From assembly GCA_051294375.1 (NCBI GenBank), contig JBJCIZ010000239.1:7200180-7264179 (forward strand): a stretch of DNA of 64,000 nucleotides, given 5' to 3'. A program made the translations under genes and the position numbers. This stretch comes from Paraspadella gotoi. Taxonomy: Eukaryota > Animalia > Chaetognatha. The notes under the pieces were generated by a model, which saw only the letters and a list, made by a program, of their open reading frames with translations, made no database searches and was not told the DNA's origin. Numbering within the stretch: position 1 is the first letter of the stretch; every line of letters begins with the position of its first letter. This document shows, one piece after another, positions 50,801-64,000 of the stretch.

Positions 50801-53800
50801 TCACTATCAGGACTAGGAAGACCGCAACCATACGTCACTAACAACCGTACTCGCCGACGTTACGACCCCTTATTCTTGGAGCTGATTTCTGATGGAGCAT
50901 CATTTAGCCGCTGACCACAAGCTCTGGCCTACTCCGTTGATCTTTTTTTGATGATTTTCAACAATCGCAGGCAAATCTTACCTGGACAAGGCCTTCAGAG
51001 TCAATTACAGTCAATAATGCCTATTTCAAATTGAATGACGAAGCCCAGACTCACACAACTCCAGATTATGACCCTTGAAGACCAAGACGGTGATAGAACA
51101 CCACATGCACAACGAGGGTGCCGCCCTGTCCACTCCCAAGCACGCCGACTTGCACCTGACAAACTCAAATCAGCCAAAGAAGAATTGCAAAAATGGAGAA
51201 CTGGCAATCATACGGAAGAGCAAGAGTGCTTGGCATCACCACTTACATGTGAGTTAAAAAACCTGACGGCTCACTTAAACATTTGCGGCCGACTACAGGC
51301 GCCTCAACGCAGTCACAAAAGACAACCGCATAACCCCATCAAAAATTTGATGGATTTCAACGCACATGTCGCAGGCAAAACAATTTTTTCGAAAGTTAGA
51401 CCTTTGTAAGGCTACCATCAAGTACCGTGTAGCCAGAGAGGAATATTTGCAAGACAGCCGTCATCACTCCCTTTGCTTCGTGTGGGAATTCCCGTTCACC
51501 CCATTGTCTCAAGAATGCAGGGCCTGATTTTCAAAGGAATGATGGACGAAGCCCTCAAAGATGCTAACCACACATCTTTGTATATCTAGATGACATCCTG
51601 GTCGCCTCAAGGCAACGAGGGAAGAACACATGCAAATCTCACACTACTGTTCGACACCCTGCAAGCAAATGGTTTAGTAGTGAAACAGGGCAAAATGGGG
51701 TACTGCGCGTACCATTCAACTCGATCTCGGTTACCAGGTAGACGCAACAGGCGTCAGGCCATTGGACACAAAAGATCGAACACATCAAACAATTCCCACA
51801 GCCAAACATCAGTCAAAGAGGTCCAAAGTACTTGGGGCATGCTCAACTGACTACCGGCGTTTCATTCCACACATCGCCGAAGTCCTTACACCATATATAC
51901 CAAGCCTTAAAAGGCAACCCCGAGTCCTCAAATGGAACCATTGAGTGACTCGAGCCTTCAAAACAAAGTCGAAAGAAGCTCTGGCAAACGCAACTATGCT
52001 TGTCACCCTGCTGGATGGGGCACCTCTGGCCCTAGACCATCATGCGTTCACTGAAACGCCATTGCGGGCGTCCTGGAGCAGAAGATTGGTGGTCAATGGC
52101 CGCAACCCTTAGGCTTTTTCTCAGCCCCGCTAGCTGTCAGAACCAGACAAAATGGCCACCTTCGACCGGGAACTCCTTGCCGCACACCGCTCAGTCCGGC
52201 ACTTCAGCGGCCCTTCCTGGAAGGCGGTTACTTCGTTCATGTTCTCTGACCAGAACAGCCTATTCCCGCCATACGCAAGAAATCTGAGCCACACTCAATG
52301 CGTTCAAACATATAATTATCTGCCATCTCGAATACACAACAGACAATCCGATACATCGAGGGCAGGCACGTCGGTAGCGGACACACTATCAAGAATCATC
52401 AGCCCAGCAAGCAGGGCCAAACCTGAAGGATCAAATCAGGACCTTCAGAAATCCCTCGTTTGTCGCCAAACGTCAACGCAGTGTCCCCCAAGGCGTCGAT
52501 TTTGCCGCTTTAGCGGCGACCAAAGTTCCGACGAGGAGATCCAGCGACTCCTGGGGACGCCCACACCAGCCTGCGATTCAAGATAGTTCGACCTTGAACG
52601 ACTTTGACATTCATCTGCGATGTCAGTCAGGAAGCGGCGCGCCCCTTGGTTCCCCACAACTGGCCGCCGTCGAGTTTATGATGCCATCACAAAACCTCGC
52701 TCACCCGGAGCATCAAAAGCACAAAAAAAGCTGGTAACAAGAGGATTTGTTTGGCCAAAAGCCGCGTCAGACGTGGCAAAATTGGGCTCAGGCCTGCCTT
52801 GACTGCCAGGCGCAGCAAGGTTACAACGACACACCCAGGCTCCCACTACACTTTCGAAGCACCATCGAGCGATTCGAAACCACGTTCACATTGACTTGGT
52901 GGGTCCCTTGCCCACTTCAGACGGTTACACGTACCTTTTAAACTGGTAGACCGTTTTTTCTCGTTGGCCTTGAAGCATATCCCCTTCGGAATCTCCGCAG
53001 TAACCGTAGCAACAGCCTTCCTTCAGAACTGGATCGCCAGATTCGGATGTACCAGTCACAGGTCACTTCGACCGGTGGGAACACAATTCACTTCTTGAAT
53101 TGTGGCATCAGCTGAGCCAAAGCTATAGGCTACCAACTCAAACACCACCACAGCTTACCACCCGCAGGCGAACGGGATGGTCGAAACGGTTTTCACCATG
53201 TACCATGAAGGCAATCATTGAAACGCGTGTGATGCGTTCCGGCGCAAAATGGTTCAATCAACTACCCGGGTCTTATTAGGACTCAGGTCTGCCACCAAAA
53301 GAAGACCTACAAGCATCACCAGCCAGAACCTTGTATTCGGAGATACAATAGCAAATCCCAGGCAACTGGTAATAGGTACACAGCCACAAGAGCAAATGCC
53401 CAAAATGAGCTGCAAAACTTGAGACACGACGTTGCATTGTTTGAGACCAGTAGTCCTAATTGGCACTCAAACCCACCTGTTCATCTCCTCACAGTCTTGC
53501 CTCAGCAAACTGGGTTTTTGTGCTCCGTGGGCCACAAGTGTCACTCGCTAGCTACGCCCTACTTTGGGCCCTTACAAAGTAGTCTCAAGAGATGACAATA
53601 CCTTCACAGTGGACATCCCATGGCGAGGACAACGAGAAGGATCTCCCCCCATCGACTAGATCAAGCCACAAACAACAAGAAACCGGATGTCAACCAACAC
53701 ACTCCAGCAGCCCCAAGAAGAGGATGGACTACCAGCAGCAAACAGGCGAGTCGCCTAGGGGGGAAGGTCTCAAACAAAATAATAGAACAAGAGTCAGCCC

Positions 53801-56800
53801 AAGCGGCCGACTCCACTCATTCCCAACATTTTATATCCTTCAGGCGACTCAACCTCAACAGCAACAGTCAAAACAAGAAACCTTCACAGCAACAGCAACG
53901 GCCACCACGGACAAACAATCCACTCGACAACCAAACACGAATTCCAACCTCAGAGACAAGCACGGTGCAAGACAATACCATCGTCTGGGTTCTGAAGGAC
54001 AGATATATATTGTATTTTAGATGTTTAAGCATCTAACTATCAGTCATTCGCGATTATCCGCTATTTGTTAGATAACCGGTTATCAGCACTATCACCCAAT
54101 CATCACCAGTTGGTCACTGTTACGATTAATCAACAACTGCCTAACAGCAAGTAATCATCAACAGTGATTTTCACCATTTAACCAAGCTTGCTAACAGCAA
54201 GCAATCATCATAACATCTTTGACAAACAAATCATTTTTCCTATCCCCTACTCCTTTTTTGTAAAATTTCTTCCCAAACAATTTTTTTTTTTTTTTGGGAA
54301 GCAGATATATGTAAATAATTGTTAGAAGACAACCCCTTTTTGTGGGTCCCCCAATTGTTTCTCCTAGAACCTTATTGTTTTGCCCAAATATTCCCCCAAG
54401 GAGCAAACAATATTGTAAAGTACTTTGTTCTTAAACTAGTAGTACAAGTGCACCTCAAGTGTAAATAGGGTCAGTTTCGACCCTAAGGGTCCGAAACTGA
54501 GGGGGGATGAGGCGACTACCACCGGTCTCTCTCTAAACCCTTCCTCTCTTCTCTTTCTCGAGCCGGTCTATTCCAACACGGTTCACCTTTGCCCTAGGCT
54601 TTGCAATGACCTTAGATTGACGGACACAGTAATAGCGGCCGAGGCGACCGTAGTACAGTTGAGTCCGGGCGATTGATAAAAGTGGATCAGGAGGAGAGCT
54701 CGTCTCACTTCTTCTCTACTTCTCCTACATCGTCACAAATCTTCACCTTTTTTCCTACCCTTTATTTTCGCTTCTTACAACAGATAAAAGAGGATAATAA
54801 TGCCAAAAATTAATTTGTGCAGTTTAAATTATCTAATAGTTTGTGAAATGAAAAAATTAGCCTGTATAGCTACAACCAATGCCACACGAACTTGGCAGCG
54901 AAATAATGTGGTATTCTACGAAGCCAGTGGAGGGACGTGAATTTCACGTTTGGGTTGGACGTGACGGTCGGATCTTTACTTTTTCGGGGGAAAATCTCAG
55001 AGATGGTGAAAGAAAAATCGATGTCGTTATTTCCTGTGGAGAGTTTCAGGATGTGAGTTAAGATATATTTAATTAAATATAATTGATAAATTTTCTAGAT
55101 AAAATAAATGCCGTTGCTACAGTAAATCCCAGTATACATCATAAACGTTCGTCGCCACAGTATATTTTCTTAAATTATATTTTGTTTTATATTTTATTTT
55201 ATATGTATATGTTATGGTGACTAAAAATCCACCAACCGTTCCATCAGCGGTCATTGGTGCCGGAGGCAAGTCATTCTATATTTTTTCCAAGCTCTCCAAA
55301 CTCCAGCTCCAGCTGCCAATTAAAAAATTTTGAGACAGCTCAGCTCCAGATTCCCGCCTCCCAGCTCCGACTTTAAAGTTTAATGTTAATGTTGCTTGTA
55401 TTTAAATCAGTACTAATTTTATTAATTACTTATTTATAAACTTATTTATTTTCTTCTATTTAAATAAATAATAAAATTATTAATTCATGTATTGAAATCA
55501 TTAGATAATAATGATTTATTAAATATTTATGTATTTTTTAATATTTTAATGTATGAGGATCACGATTTGTACCTTAAATGTAGACAATGAGTTTATAAGA
55601 AACTATAAAAGGTAAAAGATAAACATTTAATGCCCACATAATTAATAGTTTATATGAAATAACATTTTATCTAAAAATTTACCTTTTACATTTTAAAATA
55701 TTTGATTATTTATCAGGATTTTACTATCTAGTTTAAGGCCTCAGTATTATTATGTGTTATCTGCATTGAATTTGTGTCATGTGATCACCTTGGAACGGTG
55801 ATGAATAAATAGTTATTTTAGGTATTGCTCCTCCCCCTATTACAGTGTAAGTAAAAACTATCTTAATTAATGGTCACTGTCATTCAATAGAATTTTCCTT
55901 CATATTTGAAAAAAGAAAATTTCTTGGAGCTGGAGTTGGACTGTTTTTTGCCCGCCCCGACTCCAGCTCCAAGCTCCGGCCTAGCTAAAATCTCAGCTCC
56001 AGCTCCAAGCTCCCGCTCCGGTAAGAAAATAAATCAGCTCCAGCCCGGCCAAATATGCCAGCTCCGGCAGCTCCGACTCTAGCTCCAGCTCCAGCCTCCA
56101 CATATTTAACGGTTCTGTCCAATTATCACTGTCTCTTCATTGGTGAACCCGACTCCGAACAACAACAGCAACAACAACACTTTCAGGCGACATGGCCTCA
56201 ACCTGGCGATGCACTTTCCGCCAACAACACATTCCAGGCGACATGCTCAACTTGTGATGAACTTTCCACCAACAACAAAAAACACACTGAAGAGAACACC
56301 AACAGACTTCTTCCCTACGGCAGGGGGGATTGTAAGTGGACTAAAAAATCCCAACCAACCGTTCATCAGCTGTCCATTGGCCAGAGGCAAGTCATTCGGC
56401 CTCCCAACCCAAAGGTCGGGGTTCTAGCCCGTGCATGCCTAGCAGATTAAGAGGAACGGGGGCCTAGGGTTCCGTTAACCGTTAATTTTTAAGGAAACTT
56501 TGCTTAACCGTTAAAACTAAACGTTTTTAACGCGTCTACCGTTAAAATCGGTTAATTTTATAATTTAACTTTTTAAATTTAAAATATTAATATTTAAACT
56601 AATTAAATATTTTAATTGTATTTTCTCCTTAACTCCGGCTTCCTGAAATCGGTTCTTTATCTTCTATTTCAGATGGATGAGGTACACATTATTAGTTGAT
56701 AAATGAGGACAATTGGTTGAGAAAACTATCTTGAATCTACCCAGTCAGCTTATTCAATAAAACATTATAATAAATCTTTCTTTTGACTCATAGCATAATA

Positions 56801-59610
56801 AAAAATATGAAAAAAGACAATTGAATAAAAAGCACCAATGTAATCTAATTCTGTATTTTTTTGTTTTCTCTTTCTCTCTTTCTCTTTCTTTTTTCGCTTT
56901 CACTTTTTCTCTTCCTTCATTATTTTTATGTTGTATAGTTTCTTGAAAGCATTTTGTTCTGTGGCTTAGTCTTTCATAAACCATGACTATAAAATATAAT
57001 ATGAATATTGTTTAGGACTTTCTTTGCGTTTGCTTTTAATATAAGTAAAAGCAAAGTTTCTAGTGTTACAACCAACGGGTTTTATTAAAAAAACGACATG
57101 TTCGACTCTCACGACGCTGATTTAGACTCGGAAAAACTAGAGTCGAAACATGTCCGTTTTTTGAAGAAAATCCGTTGTTTGTAAACAAATAAACTTTGTT
57201 TCCTCTTATTATGAATAATCAATTTATTAATTGAAATGGTTGAATGAATCGATTGATCAAAAGAGTCATTAATAATAAATATTTTGCAATTTTATAAAAA
57301 GTAAAGATTAGTTTTAGTTACCTTAATGTTTTAATGTTGAATGTCTTATTTTTTAAATGTTTTCTAATATTAGAGAGAGCAAGAATGTACGAACACTGCC
57401 GTGTGCTCGTGTAGCCGCCTTCCGCTTCGCCGCCGTTCGTGCTGTTGTACGGAGGACCCGACCTCCTTCTACGTCCCCGCTGCACGTCTCCGGAATGGCG
57501 TGGCCGCGTCCAGCGCGTTGCGCGTGCACCGAAAAACGTCGGCTCGCCGTGATGGAAGGAGTAAATCGGGAGGCTATCGTCACCAAGTGTGCCGATGTGG
57601 TGCGGCATGAGTCCGTCCACAGTCTATGGATCGGGAAGCCTAAAATCTGACCACAAGTTACGTCAACGAGTCTCTTGGAGTCGTGGTCTCGTCGTAGCGC
57701 ATGGCCGTGGCATCACTGTCTGTGAACGGTATCAAAAAGGTTGACGGATTGGTGACATGAGGGGCGTCCAAACTCGTAAAAGGCAGTTTTGCGTGACGGG
57801 CGCGAAAAGGCCTAAGTATCTACATGGGCCTAGTATATCTGGTAAGAAAAAGAAAAGAGGAAGTGAAATCTCCTAAAAAAAGAAAAGAGACATCTATCGC
57901 AAAACGGTAATAACAAAGGGCAAACAAAATAAATGGGGGGAAAAGGCGGGCATATCTCTACACCCCCACCTCAGCGCTCCAATCAGAGCGGTGGAATAAC
58001 TCCAACAAAAACCCATCTGAATCTAAGGGGCAATGCAAAGTTATGGCCTAGAGGAAGAGAAAAGATCAGGAAAGAAGAAGAAGAAGGATCAAGATAGATG
58101 GAAGAAGAGGAATTAAGATCAGGAAAAAGAAAAAAATAAATAAAGTGTACGCAAATAAATGAAAAAAATGAGAAAGGGGAGAGGAAGAAAATATTGTTTA
58201 TCCGTGTTGTTTTCAATGCCTGTCAAAAAACTGTTACTTTCTTTTTACTGTTATGTGCATTGAATCTTTTCTAACGTTGAATGTCACAATCAATATCAAA
58301 AGTAAGTAAATTATTTTTTGCAATGTGTTACACAATGAATTTTAAAACCATGTCACGAGATCTAGAAATAAATTTTCTTTTGAGCGTACGCGTCAAATTT
58401 CTTAACAGAACGATCAGCTTTGAGCAACAAAAAAAAAAAAACAAACTAATTTCTTAAATGGGAAAAATCGAACGTTACAAGATTTTTTGTCGGAATAAAG
58501 AAATTGTGTGATCTGGACGAAGACTAAACGTCGATAAGATACGATAAGCTAATAGATCAAAACGGAAAAGGAACAAAACTTTTAAACGAGTCTATAATGT
58601 GATAGCGTCCATGGGATAACTTCCAGTTTCTTGGCTATGAACGCGCCCCGACAGACATCAGCTTCAATGGTTCTTTCTGACGAGCGCCAGGCCGCTCATG
58701 GCCCGCCGTAAGTCGGCGGGGCGCGGACTTCGGCGCCTCGTCTCTTTCAGAGATTCGTGGGATTGGTTCTCGTCTTTGCCTGAAAATGGTTATCTCCGCC
58801 GAATATCTCCGCATCGCAGTGGACAGGAAGGAGCTGAGGGGGGGGCGCACAAGGGGGGGGTTTTTTCGGTGACCAAGAAAGATTTTGTCGTCTGGTTTGG
58901 CCGCCCAGATGTTGTCGACAAAGTTGTTGACGCATGTTGTTTGTGAGATTGCAATATTCACTGTTTTTGTTTTACGGAAATGGTCGCAAAACCGAAATCT
59001 TTCACCATCTTTTGCATCGACTTGTATAAACGAAAGTCGTCGAGTAATCAACATTATATTTATTACAATTGGTAAATCTTTTAACAAACTCGGTGTCATG
59101 CGTGCGCAATCCACGTCATCGCCGCTTTCCCATCTCTGGTCCGATCAAAGTCCAGCCCGAAACATCGTATTGAATGGCTACGGCTGGTCCTCCGCGAACC
59201 TGTCGAACCTCTCCATCAATCCAAGTGTAGCGTAGTTTGCCGGGAGGAGCACTGCCACCATCTTTGTCAGGGACGTTGGGAACTTACCCCCTTGAGATGA
59301 GGCTTGTCGACCACATCTGCATCATTTGGGGGGAGTCATCCATCGAAGTCAGTAAACATCCCACAATCCTTCCTGATAGAAAGAGAAAAAGTCCATTAAG
59401 TAGGTTCAATATTAAATCAGCAACTTTCTTGTCTCAATAACATCACTATCTAAAGTTCGAATCCATTTTTACATCATTGCAAATTATACTTAGATCGTTC
59501 GGCATGTTTTTTCAATACGCAGCGATTACAGCCACTATCGAATTCATTGCATAAGTCGTGCATTTGCGTCCGTTCATCTCGACCGACACGACTGGCACGA
59601 CAGGACGAAT
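47871..59610 (+). repeat. Inverted duplicate of 31520-47868 (excluding 42796-47622); probably a mis-oriented long read
   Basis: Colinear reverse complement with independent indels; includes Gypsy, kelch exons, hAT end, BEL 3' LTR (57386-57962) and protease. Confidence 0.88.
48098..54779 (+). mobile_element. Mirrored full-length view of the CsRN1-clade Gypsy element
   Basis: LTRs 48098-48372 and 54508-54779, PBS 48373-48386, YLDD at 51583-51594, FDRELLA RNaseH motif, TSD ACAG on both sides. Confidence 0.9.
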
Positions 59611-59644
59611 CCTCTCTCCNNNNNNNNNNNNNNNNNNNNNNNNN

Positions 59645-59856
59645 ATGAATCAATCCGTTGATGATGAAGACCAGATGTCCAAAGTGAGATCCAGGCCATT
59701 TTGGAACAGAATCGTCCTCATTGAATTTAGTCATAGGACAAGAAATTCGCTCGACGTTCAATTTAGATTGAATCTTGGAAAGATTAGGAAACGATTCCAT
59801 TTCCGCGGACATCGCCCGAGTCTCCGATCCGATTTGCTTTTGGTGGCTTGATTCTC
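59645..59856 (-). CDS. Kelch-repeat protein, 5' part of upstream exon (cut by gap)
   Basis: Acceptor cgcag|GA; open frame ending KWPGSHFGHLVFIINGLIH, continued by IWGG at 47871. Confidence 0.65.
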
Positions 59857-60433
59857 CTGCGACGATAAAAGTGACAAATTTTAAAATCGCTTTTTATTAG
59901 AATACAGAGAAACCTTATTAATACTATATCACTTCATTGACAGGGAAGTCAAGCACTCTAGGTGTTAATTAAGTACACTTTAAGTATACTTAAGTATACT
60001 TTAAAAGAGTTGATTAAAAGCTTATCTAGGGTCTCGTTATGTATTATTATCATGTTTACCACACATACTAATAACAGATAATAAACCATACTACATTGTA
60101 CAAAGTACAGTTTATCTTATTGAGATGGTAATCTGGTACATATATCTTATTTATATCTTATTTTTTGAAAGAATAAAATAGAAGTATTTAACAATAAAAT
60201 TACCTTCCGCTATCAATTCTTGCATATCACCATCCTCTCCTTGATCATCCTCCAACAAGACCCCCNNNNNNNNNNNNNNNNNNNNNNNNNNNNNNNNNNN
60301 NNNNNNNNNNNNNNNNNNNNNNNNNNNNNNNNNNNNNNNNNNNNNNNNNNNNNNNNNNNNNNNNNNNNNNNNNNNNNNNNNNNNNNNNNNNNNNNNNNNN
60401 NNNNNNNNNNNNNNNNNNNNNNNNNNNNNNNNN

Positions 60434-60600
60434 TCCAACCCTTCGTCCATGCGGCCGAGCTTCAATCCGTCCAAACAATAAAGCCATTCGTCTTCGGATT
60501 GAGAGAAATCTTTGAAGAAGACGTGGACGATCCGCTTGAGGTCCTCAAAGGCTTTCTTGCTCTCGGCGTAAGTCATTTCTACGATTTTGGAAAGGCTTCA
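60434..60600 (-). CDS. Possible further coding fragment
   Basis: Protein-like frame MTYAESKKAFEDLKRIVHVFFKDFSQSEDEWLYCLDGLKLG; no family recognised. Confidence 0.3.
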
Positions 60601-60964
60601 TAAATTTTTTTTCTGAATATTATCGATAACAGTCTTTTTGTCACATTACAAAGTTATATCAATCGCAGTATTAAAATATGGTTTTTCTGCCAAAAAAAGC
60701 ACCTTGAATTTTGTTAACTTATAAAATTTTATAACTTTTATTACTATTTAATCTGTTAAAACTTAAAAGTGAATTCATTTAGATTTTTTTCCTTTTATAA
60801 CTGGTTTTGTGTCTTAAATTATCAAAAATTATAAATAGAAGACCACAAAATCAAATTAAAACGAGCAATAGTAAAATATCAAATGGCGAAATACTAATTT
60901 ACATTTCAAATTTCCTAATCTTGGGCTCAACAAACTAATAAATAAATGTTCGCGATATTTATTT

Positions 60965-61631
60965 GTTATTTATTAATTACCTTTTCCTTCATCGACCACG
61001 ATCAAATCTCTCTTCGCCAATAAAGATTTATTTATCAATAACTTATAATCACCTTTTGTTTCATCGACCACGATCAAATCTCTCTTCACCAATAAAGATT
61101 TATTTGTTTATCAATAACTTATAATCACCTTTTCCTTCATCGATCATGATCAAATCTCTCTTCACCAATAAAGATTTATTTGTTTATCAATAACTTATAA
61201 TTACCTTTTCCTTCATCGACCACAATCAAATCTCTCTTCGCCAATAAAGATTTATTTATCAATAACTTATAATCACCTTTTGCTTCGTCGACCACGATCA
61301 AATCTCTCTTCGCCAATAAATATCTATTTATCAATAACTTATAATCACCTTTTGATTCATCGACCACGATCAAATCTCTCTTCACCAATAAAGATTTATT
61401 TGTTTATCAATAACTTATAATTACCTTTTCCTTCATCGACCACAATCAAATCTCTCTTCACCAATAAATATTTATTTATCAATAACTTATAATCACCTTT
61501 TGCTTCATCGACCACGATCAAATCTCTCTTCATCAATAAAGATTTATTTGTTTATCAATAACTTATAATTACCTTTTCCTTCATCAACCGTGATCAAATC
61601 TCTCTTCGCCAATAAATATTTATTTATCAAT
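60965..61631. repeat. Minisatellite of 72/76-bp units, ~9 copies; inverted continuation at 62530-62668
   Basis: TTTATCAAT recurs at 61031, 61107, 61183, 61255, 61327, 61403, 61475, 61551, 61623. Confidence 0.93.
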
Positions 61632-61653
61632 TTGTTGTTGTTTTGAGAGAGAT
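61632..61653. other. Probable PacBio SMRTbell adapter remnant
   Basis: TTGTTGTTGTTTTGAGAGAGAT resembles the adapter end TTGTTGTTGTTGAGAGAGAT; a similar ATCCTCTCTC lies at 59609-59618. Confidence 0.6.
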
Positions 61654-63578
61654 TATAGATTACTTTGAAACTAGTTTAGCATTAGATATAGTCATTATTT
61701 ATCATAGTTTGATCTAAAATACTTTCAATTTTATGTTAATTTTATTTTTCTCGACCTAATTTGCATTTACAGTAGATACTCGGATCACGCAAGAGAATAT
61801 TGCACTAATTTCATTGAGCTGAATGGCTTTTAAAAATAATTGTCAATTATACACTACGTCATTTTAAAAAACGTCCCCGCTGGGATAATGAATAAATGTT
61901 TTATTTTAGGTATTGCTCCTCCCCCTACTTAAAGTTTTTAACTTTTGTCGCGGATATTTCTTTTTATCGTGGTTTTAATTCATTTTTTCTCAAAATAGCC
62001 TCAACTGACTTTGAAGCCACAACTTCGCTTCTCGTCCGTCATGGCCGCCGAGCTCGTCGACAGCCGCCCCGCCCGCCTCCGCAGCCGCGAATCCGGAAGC
62101 TCTTCCCTCTTCCTCGACACATCCGGATCGTCGCCAGCCCTCGAATCTGGACCATTCGTCTCCAACTCTCCTTCAACGATCGAAACGCCTCCAAACTCTC
62201 CGTCAAACTCCGAGGCTCTTTTAATCTCCGCTACACGGAGGGCCGTCCTCAGCGGAGTCCCCGAATCTGTCGCGAGTTCTTCAGAGGTTTAAATCTCGGA
62301 GAGGGTCTTCTCTTGAATCTTGGGACGACGGCGCCCTCTGAAGCGGTGGTGTCTCAGAAATCAAAGACGTCCTCAGAAAGCTACGATCAATCTGGACGGA
62401 CTCAGCGGCCGAAACATCGAGCCGAAGAAGGTCGCTCCCAGTCTTCGAATCTTGCGACTTGAGTTTATTTCGTCACAATTTTCGAGGAAGAGATCCAAGA
62501 TGACGACTGTTTAAGATGGCCGTGGAATCTTTATTGCGAAGAGATATTTGATCGTGGTCCACGAAGGAAAAGGTGAATTATAAGTGTATTGATAAATAAA
62601 TTTTATTGGCGAAGAGAGATGTTGATCGTGGTCGACGAAGGGCAAAAAAGGTGATTATAAGTTATTGANNNNNNNNNNNNNNNNNNNNNNNNNNNNNNNN
62701 NNNNNNNNNNNNNNNNNNNNNNNNNNNNNNNNNNNNNNNNNNNNNNNNNNNNNNNNNNNNNNNNNNNNNNNNNNNNNNNNNNNNNNNNNNNNNNNNNNNN
62801 NNNNNNNNNNNNNNNNNNNNNNNNNNNNNNNNNNNNNNNNNNNNNNNNNNNNNNNNNNNNNNNNNNNNNNNNNNNNNNNNNNNNNNNNNNNNNNNNNNNN
62901 NNNNNNNNNNNNNNNNNNNNNNNNNNNNNNNNNNNNNNNNNNNNNNNNNNNNNNNNNNNNNNNNNNNNNNNNNNNNNNNNNNNNNNNNNNNNNNNNNNNN
63001 NNNNNNNNNNNNNNNNNNNNNNNNNNNNNNNNNNNNNNNNNNNNNNNNNNNNNNNNNNNNNNNNNNNNNNNNNNNNNNNNNNNNNNNNNNNNNNNNNNNN
63101 NNNNNNNNNNNNNNNNNNNNNNNNNNNNNNNNNNNNNNNNNNNNNNNNNNNNNNNNNNNNNNNNNNNNNNNNNNNNNNNNNNNNNNNNNNNNNNNNNNNN
63201 NNNNNNNNNNNNNNNNNNNNNNNNNNNNNNNNNNNNNNNNNNNNNNNNNNNNNNNNNNNNNNNNNNNNNNNNNNNNNNNNNNNNNNNNNNNNNNNNNNNN
63301 NNNNNNNNNNNNNNNNNNNNNNNNNNNNNNNNNNNNNNNNNNNNNNNNNNNNNNNNNNNNNNNNNNNNNNNNNNNNNNNNNNNNNNNNNNNNNNNNNNNN
63401 NNNNNNNNNNNNNNNNNNNNNNNNNNNNNNNNNNNNNNNNNNNNNNNNNNNNNNNNNNNNNNNNNNNNNNNNNNNNNNNNNNNNNNNNNNNNNNNNNNNN
63501 AGGAAAGGAAAGAATTACATGCGTATCAAACTTTAAAATACAGTTTTTGTATTATTTCTTTCATTTCCTTGCATAGGT

Positions 63579-63822
63579 AGTTTTTATTTTTATGTCATAC
63601 AACAAATGTAATTAGTATGAAAAACGGACATGTTTTGGCCATATTGTTAGCCTTATTTTCTCTCTCTCTCTCTCACTCTCTCTCTCTAACCATTACTTTT
63701 TGGCAAAAAATCTGTAAGAATTTCAAATCAAAATTTTGCGCGGAAGAAGGCTAACAATATAGCCATAACATGTCCGTTTTTCATACTAATTCCATTTGTT
63801 GTATGAAATAAAAATAAAAACT
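63579..63822. mobile_element. Third Penelope-like inverted repeat with decayed hammerhead
   Basis: Arms 63579-63654 / 63747-63822; CGGAAGA-A-GGCTA-ACAATA-TAGCC-ATAAC-ATGTC. Confidence 0.55.
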
Positions 63823-64000
63823 TTTTACTTTAGTCTTTTTTTCACCTTCGAAAACAGCATGAGCTCCTTAAACTAACTTCCTCTGTGAAAAGGTTTTTTC
63901 TTTTCACGCCTGCAGAGACGAGCATTCGATATCACCTGCTAGTCTCCAAACCACATTTCACTTGTTATTCATGATTTGTGTCTTCAAAAATATAAGATTT

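Noticed and set aside
36247-54779. Cluster of three independent Gypsy insertions
   Set aside because: Shared TSD and flanks, plus one apparently identical copy, point to a single insertion represented repeatedly
60965-61631. Regular array resembling CRISPR
   Set aside because: No unique spacers, no cas genes, eukaryotic context; ordinary minisatellite

Overview
AT-rich eukaryotic (probably invertebrate) draft-assembly window, much of it unpolished long-read sequence; about 1.3-22 kb is too noisy to interpret and there are five N gaps. The host gene is a minus-strand KLHDC1/KLHDC2-like kelch-repeat gene (coding pieces at 59645-59856, 47774-48048, 35990-36171 and 24821-25300) whose introns hold nested elements. 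One intron contains a ~410-nt repeat with a type-P5 twister ribozyme split by a non-autonomous hAT element (8-bp TSD). Inside the hAT lie Penelope-type hammerhead inverted repeats, and one of these is interrupted by a gag-protease-only BEL/Pao LTR element (5-bp TSD). That element has no tRNA PBS; its PBS is an 11-nt perfect complement of its own LTR, suggesting Tf1-like self-priming. The next intron holds a full-length CsRN1-clade Ty3/Gypsy element (4-bp TSD). A second twister-like ~385-nt tandem repeat lies at 618-1271. The apparent 28-kb palindrome (31.5-59.6 kb) and the extra Gypsy copies are best explained as mis-oriented gap-filling reads. The most interesting candidates are the two retrozyme-like twister repeats and the putatively self-priming BEL/Pao element. 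All ribozyme folds and homology calls were made by eye, not by search.
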